A stretch of 64,000 nucleotides of DNA, taken from positions 323,421-387,420 of the forward strand of contig CAWCYD010000002.1 of NCBI GenBank assembly GCA_963799775.1, written 5' to 3'. The notes under the pieces are model-generated. The model did not search any database. It had not been told where the DNA came from and was given only the letters and a program-made list of their open reading frames with translations. This document shows positions 62,328 through 64,000 of the stretch, one piece after another. The stretch comes from an uncultured archaeon. Lineage in GTDB: Archaea; Thermoproteota; Nitrososphaeria; Nitrososphaerales; Gagatemarchaeaceae. A program made the position numbers and the translations under genes. The first letter of the stretch is position 1. Each line of letters starts with the position of its first letter.

Positions 62328-64000
62328 ATGAAATCGTCTTCAGCGCGTTTAGCGCCTTTTCTCCCCCCGCTGGTCTGGACCGCGTTCCTCTGGCTCTATG
62401 TCGTAATAGCCTCCGACGTCGAGTTCCAGCCCTTCTACATCCTCATAAGGGGCAGGGGAGCCGTCATCTACCCTACAGCGATCACGCTGTTCTCCCGTTC
62501 GGCTGACCTTGACGTCTTCCTAGTCGTCTCCGCAGCGCTACTCTTAGGGCACTTCCTTCTGTTTGGCAAGGATTCGGTCAGGGACCCCTGGGCGCTTCTC
62601 GCCTCGCTGGCCTTCGCTGTCAGCCTTGCAGGATTCGCGATCACAACCTCAGTGCTCCTCATCGCGCTCCTGGGCCTCACTTCCATCATCTTGGTCGCGG
62701 TCGGCGCACGAAAGGCATCCGACGCCACGGGGGTCGCGGCAGGTAGGATCCTCGGCTACTCCGCACTCTGCGCCGTCGCGGTGTTGGCCACCCTAGCGTT
62801 GGCATCGGCCGCACGCTGGGTCATCGGAGGCATCGACGGGAGTACTCCGTTGGCGGGCTGGAGCTGGCAACCCGCGTATATCAGCCTCCAGCTCCTGGGC
62901 TCCTTGTTCCAATTCTTCCCCAACTTGCGCTCATCTTCTTCTTCGCGTGGGCGCTTCGCCTTGCTCTCTCGCCGTTTCTGCACCGTGACAGTTCGTGGGT
63001 GACCGACCGTGGCCAACGGGGGAGGCTCCCTCAACCTCGGCAACGTGGTTGTCTAGCCGTCGCCTCTCATTGGCTCTTCTTGGAGTCGCGATGCTACTCG
63101 CGATTTTCGTCGCCTTGTACCCGTACCTTCCAGCGGTGAACCCCAAATCCACGCTGGTCGGCGTGGACGTGCAGATGTGCTATTCGCACCTGCTCAACTC
63201 CACTCCTTTACCCGTCGGAGGGCCGTGCGGGAACTCGGCCTACACATACGGGATCCAACGGCTCGGCGCCCTAGAGATGCTCAGGGGCCTGGTCGCGTTG
63301 AGCGGCTCCAATGACACTGGCCCTCGAGATGGCGCCCGCGATCCTTGCTCCTCTCCTTACGGTCTCCACTTACCTTCTCGTCCTCGAGGGGACGGGCGAC
63401 TGGTTCACCGCGGGTGTTCCGCGCTTCTTCGCGTCCGTGTCTCCGGAGGTCGTCGACGGGATAAACGCCGGGTTCATCGCGAACTGGCTGGCGATAGGGG
63501 TCGCGTTCCTCTTCTTTGCCACGCTGCTCCACGGCCTGAGGACGAGGCGGCTGGTTTATCTGCTCCTGAGCTACGCCATCTTTGTCGGCCTGCTGCTCAT
63601 ACACCCGTGGACGTGGGCCGTGGCGCTCGTCGTCCTGATGGTCTACCTCTCGCTCTCGCTGCTAGAGTCGGCGTGGGTTCGCGACCTTCGTTCGAGGAGG
63701 CTCGAGGCGGCCATGCTCTCTCGCTGCTCCTGGTGGGCCTTGCGGCGGATGCCTCAGGAACTGCTGAACCTGGGCAGCGACTTCGCAGCGGCATACGCTA
63801 CTCTCGTTCCCTACCTTCAGCTCTCGAACATCCCGCTTGCAGTGACGCACCTTCGCTCGACCTTCGTGATGTTCCTGCTAGGCGGGTTGGCCGACCCCGT
63901 CTGGTTCGTCCTTGGGGCTCTGGGCATTTTCGCCATTCCAGAGCCTCAGGGGGCGCTTCGGGAAGCTGCTCTTCACGTGGGTCGCCGCGATGTCCTTTGC
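62328..64000 (+). CDS. large polytopic membrane protein (GT-C-like), frameshifted and running off the window
   Basis: Continuous hydrophobic coding in shifting frames; YPYLPAVNP...VGVD, ANWLA, IHPWTW. Confidence 0.55.

Noticed and set aside
1-64000. Pervasive frameshifts as mass pseudogenisation or programmed frameshifting
   Set aside because: Single indels hit essential genes (thermosome, HMG-CoA synthase, hemC) whose motifs are otherwise intact; long-read error is the simpler explanation

Overview
GC-rich archaeal chromosome segment. Thermosome, thermopsin with a PEF sorting tail, type 1 IDI, haloarchaeal/thaumarchaeal-type HMG-CoA synthase and TATA-type promoters point to a probably acid-tolerant, heterotrophic Nitrososphaerota-like lineage (inference). 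Single-base indels split many genes, including essential ones, and are most likely uncorrected long-read errors. Left to right: (1) a heme operon hemA-C-D-B-chdC-hemL-E-H encoding the bacterial coproporphyrin-dependent route, with no coproporphyrinogen oxidase; (2) a sulfate-activation module (unannotated RHH regulator-sat-AlkP enzyme-cysC, divergent TauE) with three copies of a TAATTA-N4-TAATTA box, split by an intact ISH3-like element; (3) housekeeping and heterotrophy genes; (4) a Ni-less group 4 hydrogenase-related (Ehr/Hyf-like) six-gene operon with a divergent wHTH regulator and palindromic operators; (5) two tRNA 3'-end att-like scars, then a mosaic surface-glycan locus with gene remnants and a lower-GC core. 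No intact tRNA/rRNA gene or CRISPR array was seen. The best candidates for an undescribed system are the PAPS/AlkP module, the regulated Ehr complex and the archaeal CPD heme operon.
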